DNA from: Amoebidium appalachense
Lineage: Eukaryota; Protista; Ichthyosporea
Reading direction: 5' to 3'
Length of the DNA: 64,000 nt
Assembly: GCA_963693365.1 (NCBI GenBank)
Contig: CAVNZM010000011.1
Location: 186,001 to 250,000 of the forward strand
The notes beneath the pieces were generated by a model. That model did not search any database. It was given only the letters and a program-made list of their open reading frames with translations, and was not told the DNA's origin. Of this stretch, positions 26,151-39,356 are shown in pieces; within the stretch, counting starts at the first letter, position 1, and each line of letters begins with the position of its first letter. Made by a program: the position numbers and the translations under genes.

Positions 26151-26886
26151 CTCTGAGAGAGACAGAGAGAGAGAGAGAGAGCCTCTCGAGAGGGAGAGAG
26201 AGAGAGAGAGAGAGAGCCTCGGAGAGAGAGAGAGAGAGAGAGAGAAAAGAGCCTCAGAGAGAGCCGGAGAGAGCCTTGGAGAGAGAGCCGAGGAGAGACA
26301 CTGTGAGATCATGATATGCTAATGCGGTGCACAAGCTGTGTGTCGGACACTGTGTGTGTCTGCACACCAGCCTGCATTATGGTAAAACCACTCTTTGAGA
26401 AGCATAATGTTAAACACAGAGCGCGTGTCCAGCTGCAGCCGGAAAACACGGAGGCAACGCGGTGTGTGCATATGCTAGCTGGCACCCGCTCGCAGCGTGT
26501 ATGCATGGAGTACACAAGGGCACAGTGCACAGAAAAAAAAAAAGAAAAAAAAAACTTACTATGGATCTGTGGAGTGCTCCTTTAGCTAAGGTTCAGTATG
26601 CATACAGCGTGCATATGGTTTGCATTCAGCGCACTTAGTACTAGTTAGCACAAAGCTCCCAGGTAGCAAACAAACGCAAAGTTAACGTTGGGCGTACACG
26701 TCAAACAACGGTGGCTCGGCGGATCCAGCCCCGAAAAGTCCTCGGGGCGCCCGCCCTTTCGTACATGAGCGCCACCAAATTTAGGCTATCTCGCACGGGT
26801 CGAACACAGCCACATAAATTTATCTCGAGCTACAAAAAAACGCCAGAATCCGGGGGTGGTAAATGTGTGCGGTCATTCGTCCCAGA
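25210..26886. mobile_element. Non-autonomous element with ~200-bp TIRs and a GA-microsatellite core
   Basis: 25245-25410 (gcgttttttgtagctcgagataaatt...aacgttaactttgcgtttgtttgctac) is the imperfect reverse complement of 26662-26845, with looser similarity to ~25210/26886. No TSD resolved. Confidence 0.85.
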
Positions 26887-27065
26887 GTTTGCGCTGTGGC
26901 TCGCCCGAAAGGGTGCACTTTTCCAAAAAAAAATGGTGAAGGCCTACTGACTGCTGTGTTGGCTTGATTTCGAGGGCTTTGGGAGGTCTTGCTTGCACTG
27001 CATGTTCTGAGGGTAACCGTTCGTCCTTCCGCATCCACTTCCCCCGTCTCTCTGTGCACGCAGCC

Positions 27066-28333
27066 ATGGCAGCCACACGCCATGCCGAGACCGCTGCTGC
27101 GGCGCTGCAGCAGCAGCTACTAAGCGAAGACACCCCCCTCGCTCTGCTCTACGACCTGGCCGCCTTCCGCCAGGCCATGCACGACCTGACTGCCGCCTTC
27201 CCCGCCCACTTCCTGCACACAATGGCCGTCAAGTCAAACCCCACCCTCGCCATTATGCAGCTGGCATACACCGACGGCAGGCTGGGCTTCGAGGCGGCCT
27301 CGCTGGGAGAGCTGGTGCAGTCGCTGAGGACCGGCGCACCCCCAGGTGTGTGTGTGCTGGCTGCTTGCAGGGCAGTTAGGTGGGTGAAGCGGGGGGAGTG
27401 GTTGGGGCAGGCAGAAAGCCGGGGAGGAAGGGGGTAGAGCAGGAAGACAAGGGCGGGTGGGGGGTGGGGGCATTTTCCCCTATATATTTGTTCCTTTTTC
27501 TCTTCGTTTTATTCAATTTTACTTTTGAGTGAGTAAGAAAGGGTTCCGATGGCATTACACAAATTAAGCCATCTTAAGGTAGCTGGAACCATGCAATTGC
27601 AACGATCGATCTCCGGGCCAAACTCATATGAAAAACAGGGTTACATCGAGAGTTAAAAGGTACCAGGGATATGCGCTAGAGCTATAATTTTTGCATGATA
27701 TTTATGAAAATTGTGTTTTCATCAAATGCTCCGTAGAGAAAATTTATAACTCACTTGGTTCAGTGTCAGCCAAAAAAAAAAAAAATGACCAAATCTGGTA
27801 CGTTTTAGTACTATGTAAAATGTACCAGATTTGGTGCAGTTGGTTTTTTTGTTGCTGACGCTGACCAGTTGAGTTATAATTTTTCTGTACTGAGCATTTG
27901 AAGAAGACACTAATTTCATAATTATCATGCATATTTTATAGCTCTAGCGCATATCCCTAGTACCTTTTTACTCTCCATGTGACCCTGTTTTTCATATGAG
28001 TTTGGCCCGGAGATCGACCGCCGCAACTCCATGGTTCCAGCCATCTCAATAAAAATACCATAGTACTGGTGTCTAACAACTGGCACACACTCGCACTATG
28101 TATGAGTAGTATAGTCCGTTCTCCACGGCAGAGGAAAACGGGGGAGGGGGAGGGGAAGGGAGAGGGGGGGGGGGGGGGGGGGGGGGAGAGAAAGGGGGGG
28201 GGGGGGGGGGGGGGGGGGGGACGGGAGGGGGAGTATATTGGACAGCCAACGAGGAACCAAGTAGAATTTGACGTATGGCTGACACTTCTCTAGGAGAAAT
28301 CGAAAGCCTTTTTTCGTTTTTTTTTTTTTTTGT

Positions 28334-28364
<31 letters not shown>

Positions 28365-29880
28365 GGGGGGGGGCAGGATCTACCGGCTTTCGCCCAAAGG
28401 TATGGAGAGCTGCGGGGGAAGAGGGTACATGCGATGGGCACACCTCATGATCTCTGGTGGCCGGCTGGACATCTAGCTGTTCATTATCCCTCTGAAGCTT
28501 AGAGCGTTCGACCGCATATCCTTGGCCTTGTAATTATGAGCAGGCTGTATGTATCTGCTGAACACAATACGGTATCATCACAACGGCTGTAAAGGACTGT
28601 TAAAGCTCTGGGACTCGGAGTACCTATCTATTGGACACAGTGCCCATAATTAAGTGCTTTCAACCCACCCATCTACTTGAGAATAACCTTGAACCCCCCA
28701 CAGATATGATCGTGTTTGACTCGCCCGTGAAGACACGCAAGGAGCTCAAATATGCACTGGAAGGGGGGGTTCATATCAACCTGGACAATTTCCAGGAGCT
28801 CGATAGGTTGGTGACCATCCGGGCAGAGAAGACACCCATAGTGAAGGGGGTCCAATATATCGGCCTGCGCATAAACCCACAGGTGGGTTCGGAATTCCCT
28901 TTGGAATTTGTCTGCGTAACCTTATATGGCATTCGAATCATCTGATTGGCCTCACTTTCCGAAAGGGCTGGGGTAAGGGCTGCCCTCATACACCCGATCG
29001 GGCCCGAGGCGCAAATATAAAGGCTTTGAGGTGCATGTTTCACTCGTTTTTTACTTAGAAAACCGGCTTTGGTTCATTATGAAAAGTTGTCGGAAATAAA
29101 AAATGCGTAATAATGACATAGGGTGCAGGGGATGTTCGGCACTTCCTTCATCGTCAAAATCGGCCAAAATCCGTCCGTCTAAGCCTCCGACTGTCAGGGC
29201 AATCCAATTGGCCGATCGTCTATGACAAAATCATAGTTTTTCTAGTTTTCACCATAAAATAAGCAGCGGACACCCCATGTTGCTTATACAATAAATGTGT
29301 GTCGCGTTATGTATAAAAATTTTAATTAGTTGACCAAAACCTGTTTTTCATTCACATTATAAACTTTGATCACTTAAAGCGTCATTTGGTATATGAGTAG
29401 CCCTTCTCTCAGCCCTTCATTACGTCATCGCATTTTTTGGAGCGAAGCAAAACATAAAGAAAATTTACATACGCAATCCGAACTAGATTAGTGTTACACT
29501 TCCTGATATTTCACTCATTACATGTACAAGACGGTTTGGGAAGGGGTAAAGTCCTTCGTTTGTTTTGTGTGTGCATTACATGTCTTAAAGTATTTCTAGT
29601 CGAGAAAGCCTGGTGGCCAGGGTGGAGGAGGGGGGACTGCAAGTGGGTCGGATGGAGAAAACACGGGGGGGGGGGGGGGGGGGGGTTTGAGGGGAGGGTG
29701 GGGGAGGGGGAAGGGGCTGAGGGGGAGGGTTGGAGAGGGGGGGAGATAACGCTCGGCGGGGTTGTATGGTGGGATCTTCATGGCAGACTTTTACTGAATC
29801 TGGCGAGGTGCTGTAGGCACATGGGGTGCCATAATCGATGCACATGTGGTGTAGTGGCGCCTGACACCTCTCACACACAT

Positions 29881-29967
<87 letters not shown>

Positions 29968-30784
29968 TGGTGCCGGCAGCATTGCCACACACTCGACGTC
30001 GACCGCGACATCCAAATTTGGGTTTGCGCTGAAGGACCAATACGAAGAGATCCTGGGTGGCTATGCGCAATATGATTGGCTCAATGCCGTGCACGTGCAC
30101 GTGGGCTCGCAGGGCATTGGCTTTGACATGGCCGTGGCCGGCATACGGGCAGGGGTGGAGCTGGCTCTAGAGGTGAACAGGAGGGCAGGCAGGCAGCAGG
30201 TGCGTGGGTGAACGGGACTGTTTGATTGTGCAGATGCACGAGGTAGCTCTCCTTCCCTTTCTTTTTTTTTTATTAAGAAAATTAAAAATTAAAAAAATGT
30301 GTGGGTTTGTGGATGGTGGATGGTGGTGGCGGGCAGGGGGGGGGGCTGCTATCTATGTTTGGTTTGAAGAGAATTTGCCCGAATCCAAAGGTACATTGAA
30401 TGCTGCCATATCAGTAATTTAGTTGTCTGTGTGTGTAGTGCAGCAAGTATGTGACCTACGTCCCTGGTGTAGGTGGTGTGCATGGACATCGGGGGGGGCC
30501 TGTCGGTCAACTTTGCATCTGCAGAGGTCACCCCCTCATTTAAGGCCTATGCCGATGCACTTAAGGCTAGCATACCCGAACTGTTTTCTGGGGATTTTAA
30601 AGTCATCACAGAGTTTGGCCGGGCACTGACGGCAAAGGCTGGTTGGTTTGCCAGCCACGTGGAGTACACAAAGGTCTCGGGGTACGTGGTCTCTCTCTCT
30701 CTCTCTCTCTCCCTCCCTCCCTCCCTCCCTCTTTCTCTCCCTCCCTCCTTCTCTCTCTCCCTCCCTCCCTCTCTCTCTCCCTCC

Positions 30785-30822
<38 letters not shown>

Positions 30823-32711
30823 CTTCTCTCTCATATATATATATATCTCTCTCTCTCTCCCTCTCTCTCCCTCTCTCTCTCTCTCTCTGCCCTCTCCCCT
30901 CTCCCCCTCCCCCCTCCCCCCTCACCCCTCCTCCGCCTCCCCAAACATCACCACCACCACCGCCGCTGCCACCGCCACCTCGTTGCTTTTTTTTTTTCTC
31001 CCCGCCCTCTTCATTTTCTCTTCTTCTTTTCCCCAAGAGGAGGGAGGAGCTTTGTGCGGAAGGGAGGGTGTGGTAGTAGAAGTAAGCTCGAAGTAAGTGG
31101 TGAGGGAAGGAGCAGAATGATAATTCGCATGCGAGGACATTTCAGTCCTTTTTAATCGCTGATTAGGACACGGTGTCTTAATTATTTTCGGCGTGCTCCC
31201 AGGCCCCTCCCCTGTTTTAAACCCCCAACTTTCTGGGTATGGCCAATGAGCTTAGGTAGTTTATAGCCTTTTTTATTAATACGTCAGGTCATTGGAGTAA
31301 CGGCGCTCAAGTTATGAACGGTTTTATGGAAGGGGGTGAAGCCGTTTTTCGTTCGTTTTGGCGCGATCGACCGACTGACTGCAGCTGGGACTGAGCGCAA
31401 CCCTTATAGCAACAGAAAAACATGACAAAAACAAATGAAAAAGGGCCAGAAAACATATATTATTGTATTGTTTGTCTTTCTAAAGGGTTTATGAACCTAC
31501 ATGGGTGAGTTTCTATTTGCTCATGTGCTCTAATGTGGAGCGGTTGTTGTGGCCTGGCTCAGACCGACTGGCAGCCCAGGAAAACGAGGCTCGCACCAAA
31601 GGGGCACCCGTTACCATGGGCACAAAGGTCAAACAAAGGGCAAAATAAGCGCGAAGAAGCCAAAAAAAAACGCGTTTAAAGCACTTTAGGACCACTGAGA
31701 ACACTTTCCAGCAAGAGCGAAAACGGTTGACCTCCATCATCTTGCTCATCTGCTCCGGGAAGCTAGTTGGGACAATCATCATGAGAATCCTCGCTAAAAA
31801 GGGCTCAGAGTAGCCACTAGCCAAGTTGCCTCAGAATGGAGAAGTTGAGGTCGGGATGGTGGCATTTGAAAGCTTATGTGGTATATTTTCACGAGTAGTC
31901 GCTCTTTCGCCTGAGAAACACATAAGCGCTTCCAGTTTACTTTTTATCAGAATTTGCACCAAAATAGTTGGGACAATCATCATGAGAATCCTCGCTAAAA
32001 AGGGCTCAGAGTAGCCACTAGCCAAGTTGCCTCAGAATGGAGAAGTTGAGGTCGGGATGGTGGCATTTGAAAGCTTATGTGGTATATTTTCACGAGTAGT
32101 CGCTCTTTCGCCTGAGAAACACATAAGCGCTTCCAGTTTACTTTTTATCAGAATTTGCACAAAACACGTGTTTCCGCAAAAAGGGCAAACTTTGCCGGCA
32201 CAATGCACCCCGAAGATGTCTTCGGAGACCCCACAAACCGTATATCGCTGTAATATATACGGTAACGGGCATGACTTCAGCTTCACGTTTCTGCCTTTTT
32301 CCTCCTTTAGTTGCTATAGGCATATGCCACATATAGCGCAGATAACGATCTTTAGCTAATAAGGACTCAAGTGTCCTAATTAGTCCATGTGAATTATCAA
32401 GAAGCATCGGGGTTTTTTTTCCTTTTTTTGGGGGGGGGTGGGGGGGGGGGGGGGGGGGGGGGGGGGGCTGGAGGGGGGGTAGGGGGGAGGGGGGGAATGG
32501 ATAGAAGGGCAGGATAAGGGTGGCAAGGAGCATAAAGGAAACTGTGATGTTCCATCTCCTGTCCGTTTCTTTCTTGCTTACCTCTTGCTGTTGGTATGTG
32601 TTGCCCCCACACACCCACTCCAAGCCTCAACACTCTGTTTGTGGCTAGCTGCTCACCACAAGCACCCCTGTCTCCCCTTCCTCGTCCCCTCCCCACCCTA
32701 CCCATCCACCC

Positions 32712-32782
<71 letters not shown>

Positions 32783-33779
32783 GGGCGGCACATAGCAGCA
32801 CAGCATGCCGGTGCGGACATCTGCATCCGCACCATCTACCACCCCGACAAGTGGCCCCTCAGACTCACCGTGCTGGATGCGGGGGGCAGGGAGAGGGTCG
32901 AGCCTGAGGGCACGTGGGTCGAGTGGGACGTGGCTGGCCCATGCTGCATTGCGGGTACACCTGCACAGCCCCCTGCTTCATCCTGCCATGCATGGGTAGA
33001 AACACGTGCCATGGTGCCGCATTATGTTTCTCTGTTTCTCTCTTTTTTTTTTTTTTTTTTTTTGGGGGGGGGGGTGTGTGTGGGGGGGGGGGGGAGGGGG
33101 GGGGGGCATCATGTAACTTTGCAGAGGTGTGGCCATTTCAGACACAGCAAGAAACAATGCACCCAATGCAAACACACACGGGTGGTGATGTCTTTTTGGG
33201 GCGCACACAGTGACTGTTTGCACACAGGCGACATCATTGCGCATCAGCGGCGGCTGCCCGTGATCCAGCCAGGGGATTGGCTGGTGGTGCACGACGTGGG
33301 GGGGTACTACCACTCATCGTACAGCAGATACAACTGCAGGCAGGCACGTGCATTCCTGCGCATGTGTTTGTGTGCACGTGCATGCCTGTGTCTGTGTGTG
33401 CATGTGCGCACATGTCTTCCTACGCTTTTGGTTGCGGGTGGAAAGGAAGGCAGGTAGGCAGTGGAAGAAGGGGTGGGGGGCAGCAGAAAACAGGCTACGG
33501 TGGTTAATGTGAGTAGGCTATTCTTTGCTTTCCCTTATCTTTCCCTTTTCGTTTTTTTATGTGGTCTCGTTGTGCATGCCTGTCTTTGTTTTGGGGGGAA
33601 ATGGGGGATTATTGGGGGGGGGGGGAGGGGTTGTGCACACGATTTACTGACAATTATGGCTGCAGGCGCCGCCTGTGATTGGCTACGAGGCCAGCGGGGA
33701 CGGACCAATCACATTCACCGTGCTCCAGCGGGGGGAGACCGCGGCCGAGTCGCTGCGCATGTTCTGTCTCGACCAATGA
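27066..33779 (+). CDS. Orn/DAP/Arg decarboxylase family PLP enzyme (diaminopimelate decarboxylase-like), 7 exons
   Basis: Exons 27066-27345, 28704-28882, 29966-30199, 30473-30681, 32782-32954, 33228-33343 and 33666-33779 join in frame. Motifs: AVKSN (PLP Lys), [63 protein letters not shown]. Confidence 0.92.
27578..28045. mobile_element. MITE with ~130-bp TIRs and TTAA/TCAA flanks, in intron 1 of the decarboxylase
   Basis: ttaa|ggtagctggaaccatg...gggccaaactcatatgaaaaacaggg...gggatatgcgctagagctataa is mirrored by ttatagctctagcgcatatccc...catatgagtttggcccggagatcg...catggttccagccatc|tcaa. RR termini with TTAA are Kolobok-like. Confidence 0.85.
28963..29417. mobile_element. Probable decayed MITE with ~30-bp imperfect inverted repeats
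   Basis: aagggctggggtaagggctgccctcatacacc versus ggtatatgagtagcccttctctcagccctt; AT-rich interior. Confidence 0.5.
31159..32383. mobile_element. Probable non-autonomous DNA element with short TIRs and an internal 201-bp tandem duplication
   Basis: ctgattaggacac... versus ...gtgtcctaattag. Segment 31764-31960 is repeated at 31965-32161. It lies in decarboxylase intron 4; no TSD found. Confidence 0.55.
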
Positions 33780-34104
33780 GCAGGCACCGTGCTGGCGGCG
33801 TGAGCCATGCACGTGCAGGTCACGTGACAAATGGCCCGTGTGTAGGCCTCCATGTGCCTGAGGCACACAAACACGTCGCCATTGAGCAGAGGGGGTTGAT
33901 TTGGAACCCTGTAAAGCAAATGCTCTCCTGTTCCCCACCCAACACACAAACACGCGTGTGTGCACGCACGTACACACACACACACACATACACAGTGTCA
34001 CGCATAAAAAAAAATACCTTTTTTTGGGGGGGGGGGGGGGGGTTAGGTTTTCGTGCAGCTCGTGAATTGGATACAGAAAATAGTAGCAGAACGTGCCCCG
34101 TCCA

Positions 34105-34137
<33 letters not shown>

Positions 34138-34170
34138 TGGTGGTGGTGGTGGTGGTGGTGGTGGTGAGGG

Positions 34171-34207
<37 letters not shown>

Positions 34208-35159
34208 CGCTTTCTGTCCCCCTTCTTCTTCTTTTTTTTTTTTTTTTTTTTTTTTTTCCTTTTCTCTTTCCCTTTTCAAACATCGGGTATAGCCGCTGAT
34301 CACACGGTGTCACGATGAAAGATGCGCGCTATGCATTACTAAGTCTAATGAAGAAACGGAACTGTTCGTGTGGGAATTCTGGCCATCAATCTTTTCATGA
34401 CGTCAGCCCAATCTCGGAAAAAGGTCAGGGCCCGTGCGGCCACTGATATTAGCACGAGCAGTGAGTGGCTGCGACATGTGCACTGACTCTCATGATGCAC
34501 CAATTCTGTTGTACTACCCGCTGTGTGAGCTGTGGATACAATGGGTCTAGACAAGGTGTGCTGTACCGTTAGGCACAAACTGCAAGCCAGGTTACTCCAT
34601 CCATCGTGATATATCAGGTATTGTTATGTAGTAGACAGTAGGTGTTGTGACAGACGGCACATAGGTCCGATGTCGGCGCAAACGTGCACCGCTGTGATAA
34701 AAAGCCACAACGTTGCAAATCGTGCATGGTGTTTCGACCAGATCTATTCAAAATAAAGGGATGCTCGGTCAGCCACTCGTAGCAACAAATATCTTGAACG
34801 CGGCGAAACAAAATTAGTCAGTTAGTATCCGATATGTACCCAGAACAGATCAAACCCAGGCCATCAATGTGCGCCCAGGTATGAGGTACTTTTATATTTT
34901 CGTTTTTTATAAAAATATATCAGAGCCAAAAATCTCAGAATGTCGATAAATTGCCTCTGACTGGTCATGCAATTATGGATGTTTGTTCCCGGCCTCCTGC
35001 GTTTTCGATCAAGGGAATTTTGCACTCCTCCTGACCCCCCTCAAGGGGAGCTCGCCGCATATGAAGCCTTATAAATATTAGTCTACGGCTGCACATGGGA
35101 AGATCAAAACATTAATTTAAGCTCGCCCTATTCAAAGCGCATGTAGCGGAGCCAAAGAA

Positions 35160-35610
35160 ATGGAGGGTTTGCGAGGAGAGGGTAGATTGTGGGTGTGCGG
35201 GGCGGATGGACAAGCAACGTGTTATTGGGCAAGGGTGGAGGGGGGCAAAGTACTGCTGCATGCATATGGCGTGGATACAGATAATAAGAACAGTGGGGGC
35301 AAAGGATTGGGGCAGTTGGTGGCCTTGGGCGCAGGGGCTGGCTCGGTGGCACCAGTCGGTGAGTATCTCTACTCCCATGCATATGCACACACATTCAAAC
35401 GCGCACTCGGGCGACAATTCTTAACATACCAGTGTACGGGGTCGCTTGCACTTGTACATGCACACACGTGCACAAATTGTCATTGGATTTTAACTCTATT
35501 CCTTGTACAGTTCTCTGTAAGTCTATATGCCTGTATGCACACGCGGCAGGCCTACCTGCCGGTACGATAAGCATAACACACGAGCATACACACTCACATA
35601 CACACACGCA

Positions 35611-35655
<45 letters not shown>

Positions 35656-35779
35656 GCACGTGCACACACGCGCGCACACGCACACGCACACACACACACA
35701 CGCACACGCACACGCACACGCACACGCACACGCACACACACACACACACACACATACGCACAAACACACACACACACAA

Positions 35780-35834
<55 letters not shown>

Positions 35835-37349
35835 GCAATCACTCAACTCACTCCGACACACGCACACACATGCACACACACTGATACACACACACACGCC
35901 CATACACAAGGGCACAACCGGTCACCGACACACGTACTCTCACACGTACACAAACACACACACGCACGCACTTATTCACGCACGCACACGCGCACACACG
36001 CGCGCAGAGACATACACAGACACCCGCACGCATGTAGTTTTTTGTTTTTGTACATGCACACCCATGGCTTATGTACACAATGTGGGATCCATAGCGACAC
36101 GAAAACATGAGGTGCGGCAAACGTTGTCCCCGGAAACAAACAAATTAGCATTAGAAAGTGGGTGTTGATTTATAGGCAACGGGTGTGGCACGTGCGATTG
36201 ATTTTCATTTTTTTTTTCTTCGGGACGGGGGGGGGAGGGGGGGGGGGGGGGGGAGGGGGGCTATCCACTTTGCTCTGTGGAAAAACATCTCCGTGTAAAT
36301 CTATGGGTATCCATTCATCTGCACATATCTAGCACCCTCTCCCTTTTCCACCCTCCCTCCCCCCACGACCTCCTATGGCCCACCTCACCCTGCCCCGACG
36401 ATGTTTGCATGCGGGGGGGGGGGGGGGGGGGGGATACCTTACTCTGGATATCGAAGAAACTTTTGAAATCACCGCTTGTTGGCTCGAAGTTGCTTTTGCA
36501 TCTGAATGAAATTCGTCCAAAGAGAAGGTGGAATCCGTTTAGAAATGCACATATGGAATCTTGGAATATATTAGACCCCTCGCCTCCCCGGGCCCCTCCC
36601 CCCCGTGACGCCATCTGGCCAAAACACCAGAACCCCCCCCATGCTAGGCCCTCTTTGACCCCTCCCACCCTCTCTCCCAACCCCCCCACCCCACAGGAGA
36701 GATTGATTTTGCGCAAGCACGCAGGGTGGAGGCCACGGAGACTAAGTTTGGCCCCGACTGGACCCCGCGCTACTTGTTTAGAGTACTGCATGCACACCCA
36801 CAGGCTCAACCAATCACATTACAAACGGCAACATCGTTCGAGAGATCTGATTGGATTGCAGTCATGCGTCGCTTGATATCCACCAATGCGGAAAGGCGGA
36901 ATAGTGGTGCTGAGCCGCTATTGGTCATGTACAGCCAATCAGATCAAAGCGCCGACAGTGCGGTGTCCATTACTAGCCTTAGTCCCAGTGTGTGCACGTG
37001 GCAAAGTGACGACACAAACCACAGTTGCCTAGCAACCACCAACCAATTAAGTACCACATCACACGTGGATACGACCCCATCCTCCAGACCACCCCCCCTT
37101 GCCACGATCAGCGAAGCACCAGACCAGCCCCCTGGCCCCACAGCCCAAGAGCCTCCCACCCAATCAAAATGGGACAGACCACTGCCACCCCCAATCGCCC
37201 AATCACAAAGCCCCGTGCCAGATGACGGCAAGAGGCCATTGGCTGCAAGCCGACCAGCAGTTTCCATAATGTCACGTGACAGCTGTGGTGTGCCGCCATT
37301 GGCCCACTACTCTGGGCTCATGTACATAGCAACGGCAAGGGCCGCCTAG
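35160..37349 (+). CDS. PH-domain protein (2 exons) with a Ser/Pro-rich disordered tail
   Basis: Exon 35160-35358 (GEGRLWV..CYWARVEGGKVLLH) splices in phase 1 (G|GTGAG..CCACAG|GA) to 36697-37349 (GEIDFAQARRVE..YLFRV..ITLQTATSFERSDWIAVMRRLI). This gives the PH strands and the C-terminal Trp helix. Confidence 0.8.
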
Positions 37350-37523
37350 AGGGGTGTGGCAGTAACCTGCGTGTATCGTATGAGTGCATCGGTAGAGAAA
37401 GGAGTGGGCAGCCCATACTGCTGCAACGGATGAGGACAGGGAGGGAGGGGAGGGAGGGGGAGAGTAGGAAATGTAATACTCCCTGTGGAGTACTTTTTAA
37501 TAAGATTGACTTTGCTGCCGCTG

Positions 37524-37613
<90 letters not shown>

Positions 37614-39356
37614 CCGTGTACACACACGCAGGTGGCACCCGTGTTGATGCATGCAAGTAAGACATGCGGGCATTGTACTCCTCACACTCACCTGGTGCGA
37701 GAAAAGGGGAGAGAGAGGGTGGATACCCCCAGTATCACCACCCCACCAGGGCTTTTCTGCATTTCGATAATTTGAGCTCTTTCTGGGTGCTTTCTCTTTC
37801 TTGTGTGCGTGCGTGGGTGCGTGGGTGAGTGCGGGATTGGGTGTTTTGTTTTCTTTTCTTTTCCTCTTTTTTTAGGGGGGTAAGGGGAGGGGGGAGGGGA
37901 GGAGGGGGGGGGGAGGAGGGGGAGGAGAGGTAGGTCGGAGGGTGCTGTGTATGTTTTCTTCTCTTTTTTTTCCTCTCTTTTTCCTCTCTTTTTTCTTTTC
38001 CTTTTTTTTTGCCGGGGGGGGGGGGGGGGGGGGGGGGGGGGAGGAGGGGGGGGGGGGGGGGAGGAGGGGGGAGGGGGGGGGGGGGGGAGGAGGGGGGGGG
38101 GGGGGGGGAAAGAGGGGGGGGGAGGGAGGAGATGGGGTAGCAACACTCTATGGCCCTTTCATTTTTCATAGCTTTTTCTTGTCCGTTTAGTTCTGTGTCA
38201 CAGCTGGGGTCGGGGAGCAAGGTGGGGTGGGGTTGGGTCGTAAATAGGGGGGAGGGGGGGGGGGTGGGGAAGGAACACGGGAGCAAGAGGGGGAGGGGGA
38301 AGGGGGGGGGGGGGGGGGATGAACATAGCTGGTGTGCAAAGGTGGAACTACTATGCTCGGCCCTGCCGAGGCCTTTACTGTGCATATGACGTCATGGAAA
38401 TCACGTGGTTGTTCACAACACATCCATGTTTCACATATCAGAGTATATCTAGCCGTCACATATCGCATATCACACTATGTCTAACGTCGCGTTTCACATA
38501 TCAAAATATATCTGAACGTTACATTTCCCAAAATATATAAAGTTTCCCATACCATAATATGACTTAATGCCACATATCGAATACATATCCAGGATCACAT
38601 ACAAAGTTATACGTCCACATACCAAAATATACGTAATTTGGCATCCAAAAAAATACCACAAATCGCGGACCCCCTCGGAAAACTCCTAACTTTACTCTTA
38701 TAGCCTATGCGAGCTCCACAAATCAAAATGCACCCAATCAGCACGCCCCAAGTCATACGACACAAATATTGCATTTGGGCTACCTCTACTATCACCGAGC
38801 AAGACCAAACTGACCGAAGTAGTTGCCATGACTTACTTGTAGATATCAATATGCCGACCGTATTCACAGCATATTCATGCCCTGCATACAAGTCATGCCT
38901 GGAAATACACACAGCATATCTGACCGTATTCACAGCATATTCGTGCCCTGCATATAAGTCATGCCTGGAAATACACACAGCACATCTGACAGCATTCACA
39001 GGACCTAAAACATGCGGTGTATTAAAGTATTCACCGGGACTCAGAGGGTTGTCACGGGCCCCGACACCCATTTTAGCGGATTCTATACCTTACGAACCTC
39101 CGTATTCTCTCGATGTTCACAGCATATTCACAGGCTGCTCGTTTTAGAATCTATCAAAACCGCGCCACACATGCGCATTCTTACCCCCCCACCCTTACAC
39201 CCACCCCTTGTACCCTTTCACATCCTTCACCTATTATCTCCCCTCCCCCCCCCCCCCCCCTCCCCCCCCCCTTACGTCGGGTATTCCTGGCCCAAAAACT
39301 CCAAAAGACACATGGGGTGGTGACAAGAGAGCACTCATATTCTCTCAGGCTGGCCC

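Noticed and set aside
25449-26312. 287-aa SL-repeat ORF
   Set aside because: It is the translation of a (GA)n tract inside the long-TIR element.
34320-35110. Microsatellite-free intergenic block with short Cys-containing ORFs
   Set aside because: No motif or boundary evidence to call a gene or element.
38385-39135. CATAT-rich block with a 63-bp duplication, possible transposon remnant
   Set aside because: No TIR, TSD or coding similarity could be established.
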